From Dimorphilus gyrociliatus (lineage: Eukaryota > Animalia > Annelida), in contig CAJFCJ010000009.1 of assembly GCA_904063045.1 (NCBI GenBank), forward strand, positions 2,294,968-2,358,967: DNA of 64,000 nt, given 5' to 3'. Under the pieces are notes generated by a model. It did no database searches, had not been told where the DNA came from, and was given only the letters and a program-made list of their open reading frames with translations. A program made the translations under genes and the position numbers. Below, in pieces: positions 50,865 through 64,000 of the stretch. Numbering within the stretch: the stretch's first letter is position 1; every line of letters starts with the position of its first letter.

Positions 50865-53800
50865 CTATAATATTGCGCATATTTTCGAAGATTTACCTCG
50901 AAGTTGAACAGTGGATTTTTCATCTGCAATCTTTAAAAAGGAAACCTTTCCATCTTGACAACCAATCACCACAATATCGCTCGCGGTAAGGTCGAAAGCT
51001 AGAGGTGTACTATGAGTACTAAAACGACCGAGAATTGAGCTAGTTGCAGTACACGCTACAGTTAGTTGTTCACTAGAAAGAGATAGCCAGGCGGCTTTCC
51101 TTCCATCAAAGCTAAGTCGTGGATAAGTATAAGGCCCAAGAGAATCTTTTACACCATTTCCTGATTCAAATTTGGCTATAATCTTTGACATATTAATATC
51201 ATAAACAGAACAGTCTGCATCAATACCCTTGGAACCGTCTTTACAAACGTTTAAATTCCTATGGGGAACAATATTCAAGGGCGTCTCTTTCGGACCGTTT
51301 AAATCTATGCTTATTTTCACTAATCGATCATGGGGATCAGTTTCAACTACATAAAATATATCAGCATCTTGAACTACCGTTAGGGAATCCTTTAAAATGT
51401 TTTTCTTTGTTAAAATTAGTTCCCGTTTGAGATTATAGACGGTAATAGTGCAAGATCGACCTTCAGCAGTCTGAGGATATTGCTGTAAGAGTATTACATA
51501 ATCATTTAATGTTGTCTCCACAGCAGAAAATCCTCCAACTTTATTTGGAAATTCAAGTATCTTGCAGCGTTTCTTGATGTCCCAAGCCATTGTGGAAACA
51601 TCCTGATCAGGGGCAGTTTCTAAATGCGTTAATAAAACTCTTGAATTTGAAGAATTCATTTGTAATGTATAGCGTTTCAATCTAGCAACATCAATTGGAA
51701 TACTCCATAGGTGGCGCCCAGAAAGCGAATCCCATATATTCAACAAAGCTTTCTGACCAAGTATCCAATCCCTCGTTACGACTGTCTTCCCATCATAGGA
51801 TATTATTGGAGGTGTAGTGAAATAATTCTGAGCATCTTCGTAAACAGCTGCTGGCTTTGATAGAATGCAACAATTTTCTGGATCCCATACCCTAGTCTCG
51901 GTGGATTTTCCCCTTGTTACGACCACTGGAGGAAAATTTTTCGAACACGAAACAAACCTACAGAACCACTTCAAATTCAAAGGCCCCACTTCGACTTTTC
52001 TTTCTAATAATTTAGGAAAACTCCATATATCAATACTTTTGCTTCTTACACTGCTAATACCAATTAAATTTTTCATTGATGTAGAGAATACGCCATCTAT
52101 TGTTAATTTTGATATGATGGAGTTGTGTAATACCTTACCATTAATAATATTCAGAGCTAACAAATGATAATCAAATCCAATGATAATCTTATCATCATCG
52201 TAAATTGAATAACAATTGAGAGAATGTTTTAAATTGTGACTGTAAGATTTTAATACAACGTCAGGTATTGTTAATTTTGAAACGAACTTGTTCATTTTCA
52301 AATCCCAGCATATAATTGTAAATTTAAAAACGACAAAAAGCCATTTTTCGTGTAGGAAACAATCTCGAACTTCTTCGGATTTGACATATTTTCTTAAATC
52401 AATTTTACTCATTACTCCTCCATAATCATCTTTATCGCATGATAATATATCAACGACTTTGTCATTCCTCACTCTATAAAGAGAATCTGTTAGATCGTGA
52501 TAGATTGATTTGAAAATTGGAGTATCTGTTTGTATAGTTTTAACTGTAGTAAAATCTTTCAAGTTTAATAATTCTATTTGATCAACTGATGTTAGAATTA
52601 TAAACGAATTTTTATCATCTATATGAAAATGATGGGAGTTTGTGTTGGTCTCGGCCAAAAGGTTACCGCTACTCCAATCAAACTTTGATATTATCTTATT
52701 TTTTATAAAGATAAGTAAATCATTCGCTTTGCTCCATAATTGCATATTCGTTACAAAGCCTACTGATGGGAAAGACTTAGCTAGTACAGTTGTTCTTAAT
52801 AATTCGCAAGATTCCAGATGTAATTGATACACTCTATTTATGTCTTCGTGAAAAGGCGCGGCCAATGTAACTCGTTTCTCAGTCTTGTCTAAATAATAGA
52901 CTTTAAGCTTTGCAGAAAACCCATCATCAGTTAAAGAAGGTAGAGGTATCTCTTTGTCAATTACTCCTGTTTCAAGATCCCATACTACTAGGTCATTGTT
53001 ATCAGTTATTGTTGATATTCTACTTTTATTTAAAGAGCTGAATATAATATTTTCACCCGGTCTTATATTGTTATGCTGCAAGGAAAATATCCTAGCTCCT
53101 CCTGGTCCAGGATAACATTGATGTAGGGGTTTAATTATGCAATCTTTAGTATTTAGGCATTGCTTAATTAAGTCTTTTAATTTAGGTCTTTTGTCGTCAG
53201 CCAGTTCGTATAATCTTCCAATCAATTCAACGCTCAAGGTGTCTGGCTGAGTAAGTAGAATGTTTCGAACCGAGCTCAAACTCTGATAAACAAGGGAACA
53301 CTCTTCATCGTCTGAGACTTGTCTAAAATCTTCGATTAAGTTATTTATACCAGTCGCCACTAATTTTATCTTTATCCATTCGTAATTAAATAAGCATTCA
53401 CTAAATAGAAGATCAAACTGCTTAGATAAGGTATAATGATAAGGTAAAAAGTATAATTTTCTTAGGTTATAATTGATATTTGTACCATTTCGAAGGTTAA
53501 TGATTGGTTGATTAGGTACGTTTCTGTGAGCAGAGCTATTATTTGATTTCAAGTTAAAATGCTTTACTTGCTGCTTTGTAAATTGAAAAGGTTTCGGCTT
53601 ATTATACCAGGTTCCAGAATAGAACTCACTTAGAGTTGTATGGAGAATCTTTCTCTGATGTTCAACGTACATACTTGTTGCAACCTCTATAAATTGACGA
53701 TGATACCAGAAATGAACTGTTGTACCATGAGATTCTCTCTCAGTGAGATAGGGAGATATACTATGCCTCAATCTAGCCCAGAGGAATGATGGTATACGTC

Positions 53801-56372
53801 TAACTGGAGGTATATGGTATTGAAAAACTTCCCCCAAAACTTCATCATCCAAAGATAAGACATCTTGCATCTCCATTTCGCTAAGGCCTTGCGGGTTACA
53901 AGTCAAATAACCAAGTGCCCTGCAAACGAATAATCTTCCATATTTTTTCTCAAGCTGTTTAAATAACTGATGAATTGTTCCTTGTACAGAATTTTCAATT
54001 CCAAAAGTATTTTCATTTTCCTTTTGTTTAGTATTGCCGAATGATTTTTTTAAGAGAAATTTTGTTCTCTCCGGGGGCTTTACTTTTTGAAAGGATTTCC
54101 ATGTTAGAGCACTGTCGAATGCCAATTTTACAAAAATTGGTAAACTACAATGCGAAAACATTTTAACTAGATAACTCTCTTGCTCCTGTGTTATTTTACG
54201 TTTATACTTTGTCAACCATACTTTTATAATATCAATTGATAATTGACCACCCAATATCTTTAACGGATTGTAATGAGCATTCGGTAATCTTTCCTTTAAG
54301 TTATCTAATATTCCATATTCTTTCGATAGCGTTGATACTAAGATGTAAGTATTTTTGGGTAGTATTAAAGGTAACCAGCTAAGTTTATGAGCACCATCTT
54401 CCACAGATAGTTGATCAATGGAATCAAGTAATAAGATTAAAGGGCTTTTCTCTGTACTTTCATTTAAAAGTTGATAAAATTGTTTAATTAATTCAGAAAA
54501 ATCAGACGTTTCTGTGTAAGTTAAATTGAAAATTTTACTAATTTGTTCGCATATCGATCTTAAAAGAGAGCGAATATTTGAACTGAATGGAGTCGTTCCC
54601 AGAAATCGAACAATAACAATTGGTTCCACGTTGGGAAAACAGGTTGGAATCTATTAATATAATTATAAAAGGTTAATTAGTTTTTTAAAATACAAGGTAA
54701 ATGAACTCACTAATTTAGATAACATTGCCATAACACTGGTTTTACCACAACCAGATGGCGAATGAACGATTATAGGTGTATTAGACTCTTTAACTTGATT
54801 TAGTATGTTTGTTAAGAACTGTTCTCGTCCCTGGAACATATTTATTCGGTTAAGAGCAGAATGTAAATGTTGAATTATCTCGTTGAAGAGCAATTGGCTT
54901 TCTTTTCCAGAATCTAGAACATTTTGTTTTGTCATGGCATCGTCTATTAAACGTGAAATAACTTCATAAAATTGATTGGACACTCTGCTCAAATATTCTC
55001 TATGTTTCACTTCATTAACTCCTTTACCACCGCAATTCCATTTAATATTCGACCTGGAAAAGTAAAGAGCTTTCATGTCTTATCCTAATGAGAAAGGGAG
55101 TGTAACTACCCACTTGAAGATTAATGAATCTGGCATCTTTTGAGTAATATTATCTCTTAATGCAGATAAGGAACTCTGAGCGTTTGTATCTATTTGGTCA
55201 TCTCGAATATCGATATAGCGCCAAACTCTATCAGCAGGATGCTCTAAATGCTCTTGGAGATCTTCAATATGTCTGATAAAGCAAACACATCCATCAAGAT
55301 TTTGAGAATTTTTTAGACCTTCCATAACTTCTTTTTCAGTCACTAAAACAATAAGATAAAAACTTAAAATACACAATGAAAAGCCTCTGTATATTACAAA
55401 GCTATAATTTAACGATAAACAAGAATTTTAAAGGTCTCCCTTACTGGACATAAAATACATTTTACAGTCTTCTTCTAACAGGAAACCTTCTTTGACGCAA
55501 TAGCTACCCATAACTTTTATAGCGTTAGTTAACTGTTTTTCTTTCGTTCTCCATTCACCAATACTACGAGATCTCTCCGTCTTATCCTTAAAAGAAAGTG
55601 TATATAACGTTATACTCGTCAAAGAAAATCTTTTAAAAGGTTAATTATCTTTTACCTCTGATAAGAAGTTGGGATATTTTTCACTAACTGAACAAGCAAC
55701 ATACTCTGATTCAAAGGCATTTTCGTCCAATTTATACCATTCCTTAAGGGCTTGTAAATCTTCTTCTGAATTTAAGATTGTTGCTACCTTCTCAAAAGCA
55801 ATAAAATGCTTCTCAGGTATTTTTCGGGGAAGGGGACAATATCCGTGTTTCTGACCCAAAAAAACCTATAAAACTATTCAATAAAGTCTCTGTCTTGGTT
55901 TATATTCGAAAACTGGAGATACATACAACAAAACTAGGTCCTATAGAAAGCTTTTGGCATTTTTTTATCTCTTCTATACATAATAATTCCGTTTCGTGAT
56001 CTTCCACAGCCTGATCTTGTATTCCCCACCTCAAATCGACTAACTATTGAGATAAGATCCTAAGATAATCTAATATGATTGTTTAGTAATTTTTGTGTTA
56101 TTTTTTACTTGAAAATCGCAACCGTATTGTTTTCTACAATAATCGCTTAACTTTGGATAAACATCCATCATTAAGATATTTCTTTCGGCAGCCATATCTA
56201 TTTGGAAAATATAGTGTGTGATTAGAATTTATATACTTAAGATATCGTAAAGAATATTAGATTAGCAACCGGTAAAAGTTGATGATATAAAAATTCTTAT
56301 AGATCGTGAGCGATCCTGTGGAATATTTTCCAACTTTCCCCTTAATATCCTATTTTTATCGCTGTCATTCAT
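50865..56372 (-). CDS. NWD1/NWD2-type STAND protein: DUF4062-like N-terminal domain + NACHT NTPase + WD40-like propeller, ending in CaaX
   Basis: N-terminus 'IRIFISSTFTDMAAERN..VYPKL..VVDLRWGI..LCIEEIKKCQ..GPSFVVFLGQKHGY'; Walker A 'HSPSGCGKTS'; 'VRFLGTTPFSS'; Walker B 'LLLDSIDQL'; 'WYHRQF'; long beta-rich C-terminus; ends 'RGKSSKICAIL*'. Final exon is ~3.77 kb. Confidence 0.92.
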
Positions 56373-56719
56373 TTTTACTCGAATTCTTGACTTTTATCTA
56401 TTAAATTTATAGAAAAAAGAATATTCTGCTGCAGTTTACATATTTTGCTATAGCAACAATGTAAATACTAATAACTAAATAGGGGGCGCACGTGTCGCCT
56501 GGTTTTAGAAAGTAATCTTTTAAATATTATTTTAAATAACGAAATAGACATATAAAAGTCCAGGCAAAATGTATTCAAAGATTTATATATCTGGAGTTTG
56601 CATTAAAACACTGAATAAATAAATTCATCATCGGAAGAAATTAGTGCAAACGTCAAGTTTGCAAATAGTAACTCAGAAATAAAGTATATGTTGACATGTC
56701 TTTGCATCAAGTATTTCAC

Positions 56720-57845
56720 TTATTTCCCAGAAACCGGTGCTCTTGTAGCTGAAGGTATTTGGAATACTGTACCGCATGTTGAACACAAGGGTCGAAATGC
56801 ACAAAATACTGATAAACAAACGGAACATACGAAACCGACATGCACGAGTCGTCTATGACATGCACAGGCCACTTGAGATTGAACTTTTGGGGCAGCTGGC
56901 TGTCTCAAAGTGCTTCTCAGGGAGGTTTCGACCAGCGGTGAGCACAGTAGGTGTTGGAGTAAAGCTTCAACAGTTTGTACATTAAGAAGAACTCCTCCAG
57001 TCACATGGCATAATTGAGATAGTAGGGAAGCTTGCGAATCCTATAATAAGGTTATTTATAACTTTTGAGAAAAACTTTGAAATATAAATTAAATTACCTT
57101 ATTAATGACAATACCATCTATAGTGACACCAAGTTTTTGAGCTGTAAAGGCTATGTTCATTAGGTGCATATATTGTGCTGGGCTGTCATCAGCAGCTTTC
57201 AGCACTGTTATTCTGCTCTTTAAGGATCGCTTATTAATACAGCATAGTGCAGTCGAAAGAGCTGGAGCCAAGTTACATTCACTCTTTTCACATTCACCTG
57301 CTAGTTGTTGGATCTCGGTCTTTATGATGTTATTCATTTTAACTAATTGTTCTAATTTTCCATCACATGACGTTGACGGCTCACTACAAAAGAACATTAC
57401 AAAGAATTAATAACTTTAATAAAAAATTTCTGAAAAACTTGACAAAATTTTTAGATTATTTATACAATTTTTTTATTAAAATATTAAAATATGAAAAGAT
57501 TAGTTCACAAAATTGATTTATGCTACTAGTTCTACCTCAATTCTTTGAGACCAGGTATTTTTTTTTGAGGCCACAAAACTTTAATGTCTTTACCACAGAC
57601 TGCTATCAAAGATAACTCATTATTAGTTTTCATCAACAGGTGGGCATTGCAATAGGAAATTACACCATCTATACATGCTCCAAGTACATCCTAAAAGTAG
57701 ACGAATTTAAAGTTTTAAACGAAAAATACCTAAAAATTGATATAGTATAATTACTTACACCATTTCTATACTCTGTTATTTTACGTTCCCACCATATGGG
57801 GTTTAAATCTAAAACAACAACCAAAAAATTACTAGAGCTATTCAT
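56720..57845 (-). CDS. GTF2H3: General transcription factor IIH subunit 3 (p34)
   Basis: 'LVVVLDLNPIWW', 'LAPALSTALCCIN', 'QYMHLMNIAFTAQKLGVTID', 'ILQQAS..TGG', zinc finger 'AACACH..GFVCSVCLSVFC..CSTC'. Confidence 0.96.
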
Positions 57846-57967
57846 TTTAGAGGAGAAAAAAATCAATTATTTTATATTGCAGTAGATGGCACTGCTCAGT
57901 GAAATAGTTGGCAAAACATTCAAGCGGTCCTGAATCGCTTAACAACGTCGGCTTTTAAGACGGTAGG

Positions 57968-60900
57968 ATGGAGAATTTGTGTTCGAAATTATGTTTAAGT
58001 TTAATTTTATCATTTTATTGCAATTAAACTAATTTTCTTTCTAATAATTAGTTTCTGATTGACTAGATTTACTTTTATGCTTCATTTGGATTTTTAGCTT
58101 GTCCCGCTCTTCGTATTTCCGACATTCCGGTTTTGATTGAGAACGTAAATAAAAAAGAACGTTAGAAACAGAGAATACTTTGCAATGTTTTCTTCGAAAA
58201 AGTTCCCATCTGTTGGGTCTCTTTTCGGAATGAAGAAGAAAAAAGATGAAAAGAAGAATGCAAAGTATGATCATTATAACGTTGCTTGCTAAATGCTTTT
58301 TTTTAATGATTAGTTGTAATTTTTGCAATATTCATCAAATATCACTCATCTCTATTAGGTACGAATGTATGGATGGAGATTACACAATTAAATATGACAT
58401 AAGAAGATTTCCACCAGTTCACTCGGACGCTATTTCAACGGTATCTTCCATTCAAAACGGATTATGTTTGTCAGGTTCTAAAGATAAAAGCGTCATCTTA
58501 TTCGATTTTCATATCGGAAGCACTGTAGAAAAGTGGAAACACGATAAAGAAGTAACAAAGGTTTATATTCTTATTTATCTTGTTTGCTAATATTGATCGT
58601 TTGTAAAGTGATGTGTGAATAGAGGTTTGAATAATTGAACAGCAGTAAATGGGTAAAAATCAATATTACTCTATTAGTAGCCCTTTAAGGATTATTCCCT
58701 AAGAGATGAGAAACAGTAAACTAATTTCAAGTACTTTTCTTTATGTAAATTTATTCCCCTAACGCTTGGCCTATCTAACTATGAATACCGAATGTTCACG
58801 GTCAGGTCAGTTAAGCGTCGACATATAATTGTAATTAATTGTAATTTACCAGTCAATTATAAGAAAACTCCATATTTAAGAAGAAAATTCCAATTTTATG
58901 CAAAAGCATGACCGAAAAGTCGATTTTAATTTCTTTAATTAAAATAAAAGAAAATCCCACTGACTAATGATTTCACATCAAACATTGTCATCTGATGAAG
59001 TTTATTCAACTGTTTAATGTAAACATTTTCGTTTTCTTTTCCGTTTTGCTATTATTATTATCTTTATTGATATCTTGTGTTACGTCGTATCATTTATTAT
59101 CATAAAAATACGTATAATTCAATATATAAGTGTATCACTCTCCTAAGAGTCTTCATATTTATTCTAAGGAGATGAGATTTTTTTCCGCTTAAAAACGGAT
59201 GATTACGGGTTTGGAGAGGGGAATTTTTCCCTCTTTTACATTTGGGAAATAATTATTTTTGACTTGATTTATTATAACCCACGGCAAGATTTTATACGAT
59301 TTTAAGTATTTTGCAAAAGTACTTACAACGTTGAAAGGTAAAAGCGGTTTTGCTGGATTGAAAGGACGGACGTTTTGTATAAACAGAATTATCTGAAATA
59401 AATCGTGTGAGAGCGTCGTTTACGTTGTTATATTTATTGCAGACAACCTACGATCCAAAGTCTGATACATTCTATTCTTGTTCACGTGATACTACTATTA
59501 AGCAATGGTCACGTAATAATAAAAACCCTGTTAATACCTACAATGGGCATTTTATGGTGGTCACTGGCATTGCTGTTAATTCAGGTTCGTAATCAAGTAT
59601 AATCTACACTCTGGTGCAATGTTTTTTTTATAATAATAAAGGGTTATTCCAATATCATCAATGCGTCCAAATGTTCAGTTAAAGTTACAGTATACAACTA
59701 CATTATCATAATAATGTATATTTATATAACTAATAAATATACAGGACAGCTAATATTATTATATATCTGTATATACAGTATATTATATATTTATATAAAT
59801 TAGCTCATTTTCATTTAATATCAAATAGAGAAAATATATTCATCATTTTGATAAATATCTTGTGTAATTCAGCAATTCTATTTAATTAAATTTAATTCCT
59901 GTGAATTAGACAGAAATATAGACTGTTATTCATACATTACTTATTGTATACATGCAGCGAATGTCTCTTTTTGCTGTATATTTTAAATTGTATTTTTAAT
60001 ATTAAAATGGTGATGATAAAAAACAAAAAAACACAGAAGGTAATTAACATGATCTGAAAATGTATAGTAAGGCTTTTGTGTTACTGGAACACTCATTTAA
60101 ATATATATAGTACAATAGACTAACTAAGACTAGCTTTAGATCTTAAAGGGGTTTTTTAGTTTGCTATCTACAAACTTTATGTAAAGATAATGAATTTTTT
60201 TTTTTAAAAAAAAATAAAGAGAATATAGATGTAATCTTTTTCTAATGTCTTTGTTTTTGTAAATACTGAAAGTAGATGAAATGAAAGGAAAATATAGATA
60301 ATATGTTTCTAATATTACTTACTTTTATATTCTGTTTTTGTATTTTATTTCAAAACGCTTCTTGTTATTTCTTTTCAAATAGATGGTGAAAGGCTATGCA
60401 GTGGTTCAAGAGATAACAGTCTAAGAATTTGGGATACTAAAACAGCACAATGCATTAATCAGAATTGTATATCAAGAAATTTGGTAACTCATATTAAATG
60501 GGCTAAAGATTCTCATTTAGTTGCGCAGACAGGCGAAGATAAAGAATTAAGGTAGTTCAATTTGCTTTGTTTATTTGTATGCATAATAATTCGGTACATA
60601 TTAGATTTGTATGTTTTTCAACTAATCTTCTGAGGATTGTTTTAGAATATTAAAATAAAAGGGGGAAAGAGATATTTAAGAGTGTGTCCACTCAAAAGGG
60701 AAGGAAAAAAATCCCAATTTGAATTCTAAGCAATAGAAACAGAGATGACTTTTAGTATAAAAAAAAAACAAATTCACTTAACCCTATTGTATCAAATTCC
60801 ATTCTTCAGAGGAGCGTTTTTACGATATATATCTATTATTATAAATTTCAGTTACCTGTTAAAAAAAAGGATTATTCATATAGACTGTCGAGTTTTCATA

Positions 60901-62707
60901 GGAACAAAGGTTTTTCCTAGAAATTTAGCACTAGTCTTAATAGTGAGACCAAAACTTAATATGCGCTATCTAATCTAGCGACACTATACACCAAACCATA
61001 GATAGCACATTATAGGAACATATTAGATTTCCAATTATTTTTAATGAGCACCTATAATATAAATGACTTCAACTATGAGAAATTTTAGTTTTAATTACAA
61101 AGGGAATTTTTCCTATATAGAATGATGCATATTAAGCTTCCGGTTGGCACGCTTTTATAGGGTTTGATCACGTGTAATCTCTCTAATGTTAAACGAAGTT
61201 GTTCTACTTGAAAAAATTCGTAATATATTCAATAAGGATTACTAGTGAGATTCATCTATTTACGTTCTAAACCTGTTAACATTGTACATCACCAGGGAAT
61301 ACTTAAAAGAAAGTTGTCTTCACAGACGAATACGTGTTATTTTAATCCTAACAACGTGCATTGTTTATCCAGAATCTGGGACGCAAGAACTCTTAGCGTT
61401 ACCGTAACCTTTCCTAAGAAGCAGCATATACAAATGTGGTGTGATTGGTCCGAAGATCAAAACTCTTGTTTAACTTGCAGTAATGGCTTTGGTGGAAATG
61501 GATGCGAGGCTACAGTTCGTTGTTACTTTTTTCAAAATTATAGTTTAAGAAAATGACAATATGCTTTACAGTTATGGGATTTAAGAAATGCGAAGCCAGT
61601 ATCAGAATTTAAAGGTCATCAGGAGAGTTGTTGTTCTGCAATTTTTGCGCAGAGTAGCATGTGTGATAGGCCATGTATTCTGACGTCAAGTAATGACAGC
61701 ACAATTAAAGTTTGGGATTATGTCACTTCAGGTAAATATTTTACTATTCTTAACGACAAAACCAAGAAAATTGATTCTCAGTATTCACTATTAAAACCAA
61801 TCCTGTTAAAATAGGTTTTTAGGAAGCATATATCAGCTACTTCCTAAGTAAAATCATAATTATATAATAAAAAAATGACTAAAATTATTAGTTCATAAAT
61901 GATCAAAATATGAGGCTAGCAAGTGGAGAGTTTTTCGTGTTTTCTCTGAAGAAAGAGAACGAAAAAGCCTCTTTCTATCTTTATAATGTCAATATACAGT
62001 GAATTATTTATATTATAAAAGAGGAATTGTATAATCTATCCAACATGTATAAAATATTTTAAATATTCACTGCTGTTGCATGATATAGCAACATAAATAT
62101 GATGTGGTATACTTAAAAGCAACTGCGTGATATTCCCTTTACAAAATCATCTTTCTTTATCTGCAATATGCTAAATTTAAGCTATTTCGAAGTAATATAT
62201 GCTAGATTTTTTTACTATTTGTGATTTCTTTCCCCTTAGAATGCCTATCAACTATGCCTCTTCCCGCATCTGGTCCTGTAACTAGTCTTGCCTTATTTCC
62301 TGATGCAAGGTAACAATTTTATCTCGTTTTTTTTAATTCCTTTTCGTTCTTTACGAATTATTTATCGACAAATAATTTAATTGCGGCGATAATGTGTAAC
62401 TGAAACGTTAAGACAACGTCAGTATAATCACTACTATTTCCTCCTAAACCCAATGGTAATAACTATCTTTAGTCGTCTAGAAGACCTATTACTAGACATA
62501 CGAAGACAGTTGATGGGAATTTTATTCATCTATTCATGATGTTATTGGTCGTTTTTTTTTTATATATATTTTTATATTGCAGTTTATTCAGTGTATATTA
62601 ATTCTATTTTGTTATTTTGAAGTTTGTGCGCCTCTACTTTCCACTGTGGAGTTCAAGTTTTAAAACTGCAGAAGAATGCAACACTCACAAGATTTGCACA
62701 GTATTAA
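57968..62707 (+). CDS. WDR31: WD repeat-containing protein 31
   Basis: 'PPVHSDAIS..LCLSGSKDKSV', 'YNGHFMVVTGIAVN', 'LCSGSRDNSLRIWD', 'FPKKQHIQ..CLTCSNGFGGNGCEAT|LWDLR', 'SGPVTSLA'. The start is uncertain (57968 or ~58369). Confidence 0.93.
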
Positions 62708-62719
62708 ATATGAAAAATT

Positions 62720-62772
62720 GCTAATTTATTTATTTATTTACTTGTTTGTTTGTTTGTTTGTTTGTTTGTTTT
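62720..62772. repeat. (TTTA)n/(TTTG)n tetranucleotide repeat in the WDR31 3' region
   Basis: Visible tandem repeat. Confidence 0.85.
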
Positions 62773-64000
62773 CTCTTATTTTTTTGGGATGGTCTTTTTT
62801 TTTATTATATTTTATTCATTTATTTATTGGAAAAGAAAACATAGAGATAATAATTGAAAATATATAGACTATCTATAATTTAAATTAAAGTACAAAAAGA
62901 TATTAAACATTTTAGTATGTCAAATTTGCCGCTGAACAGTTTTTTCTTAATACTTTGGTTGACTAATACAATTGCTTACTTTTAAACATTCTAACCTTTA
63001 GAATTACTAATACGACAAAAACAATAAAAATCAGTCTTTTAACAATTTCAAAAGAATTTCCTATCTTATATACTTTTACTAAATTGTAATGATACTGATC
63101 TATTTTCATTTAAGTTTACATGCTCTTCAAAGTACCTTCTTCTACAATTTCCATTTGCTAATCAAAATTTTATAAATAGAAAATCTCTTTATCCTACTTT
63201 TACTTTCTTCTGTGGAAGAAAATTAAATGGTTGCAGTACTTCTTACTTTATAATTTCTTTAATAATCATTGAATTATATATATGGCTTAATTCTTCCATG
63301 ACCTTTTATCTACTATATACACTGTATACACAAGCATGTACATATTTTGTAATAGAACTATCAGAGTTCTCATTTGGCTAGTAATATTGTATTGTTTTAT
63401 AGATATTCATTTATAGCTTTTTCTACATATTCAATTAATTTAATATATTAGAAAATCAAAATTATTTTTTGAAAACAAGGCCAATGTTTTGCTTATAAGC
63501 TCTTTCTAGTTAATTTATCTGAGATACTGTGGGCGGGGCAAAATCAAACCAACTGCCACCTTCATTCATAAAATGGTATCGTCTGCTAGAAATTTTGTTT
63601 TCGTAAATTATCACTATGCTTAATAAAACAACGTAATATTAGTCTTGTGTGTCAATCAACATATCGAATATTTAATTTGAGATATAAAGGTTGTTTTCTT
63701 TTCCGAAATTTGAATATTCAAATCACTAGAATTGGGTATAGGAATTAGTTACGAAAACAAGGCTCTATTGCGGACGATATTGACTAATTTCTATGATTGA
63801 TAGTTGAAAATCACTTGTTCTTTTCTTTTGAGCAGTATGAACAACAGAAGGTGAGTAGATATAATATTTTATTCAGCAAAAGATAACTGGTATATGTTAG
63901 CACTCTTAAATTTCTTTAGGCAATTGTTAAAAGCATCTTATCTTCTTTGACTTTTTCTGATGTATAATATGTCAGATCTATCTGTTTCATATACATCTAA

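Noticed and set aside
63043-63384. Long stop-free + frame without a usable start
   Set aside because: F/L/I/S-rich composition typical of AT-rich non-coding DNA; no coherent splice model.

Overview
This is AT-rich eukaryotic (animal) genomic DNA, not prokaryotic. It is very gene-dense, with mostly ~50-75 nt GT-AG introns, so the ORF track splits most genes and its GTG/TTG starts are artefacts. The gene content (innexin, ependymin-related protein, lophotrochozoan-style IAPs, FYVE-bearing MTMR6/7/8) suggests a compact-genome invertebrate, plausibly a lophotrochozoan such as an annelid; this is inference. Gene order: three tandem IAP/BIR genes, FANCI, LKAAEAR1, MED6, MTMR6/7/8-FYVE, an intronless PLP-dependent Ser/Thr dehydratase, unidentified ORF(s) with an acidic tail, an ependymin-related gene, innexin, MRPL21, an ITPRID/KRAP-like gene, a small putative myristoylated ORF, VAMP7, FAM32A, a group I PAK, an orphan ORF, KATNB1, PDE12, DBT, GTF2E2, NDUFA8, ELOC, an NWD-type DUF4062-NACHT-WD40 gene, GTF2H3 and WDR31. 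The most interesting observations are: (1) the PAK has two same-phase, apparently mutually exclusive N-terminal exons, each with a different divergent CRIB domain; (2) the NACHT-WD40 STAND protein ends in a polybasic-CaaX (CAIL) prenylation signal; (3) the IAP cluster has shortened H-x3-C BIRs, all-Cys RINGs and one BIR protein with an unrecognised C-terminal domain; (4) the ITPRID-like protein carries a tandem array of LC8-type TQT motifs. No tRNA, rRNA, CRISPR or transposase was recognised. Exon boundaries were assigned by eye and are unverified.
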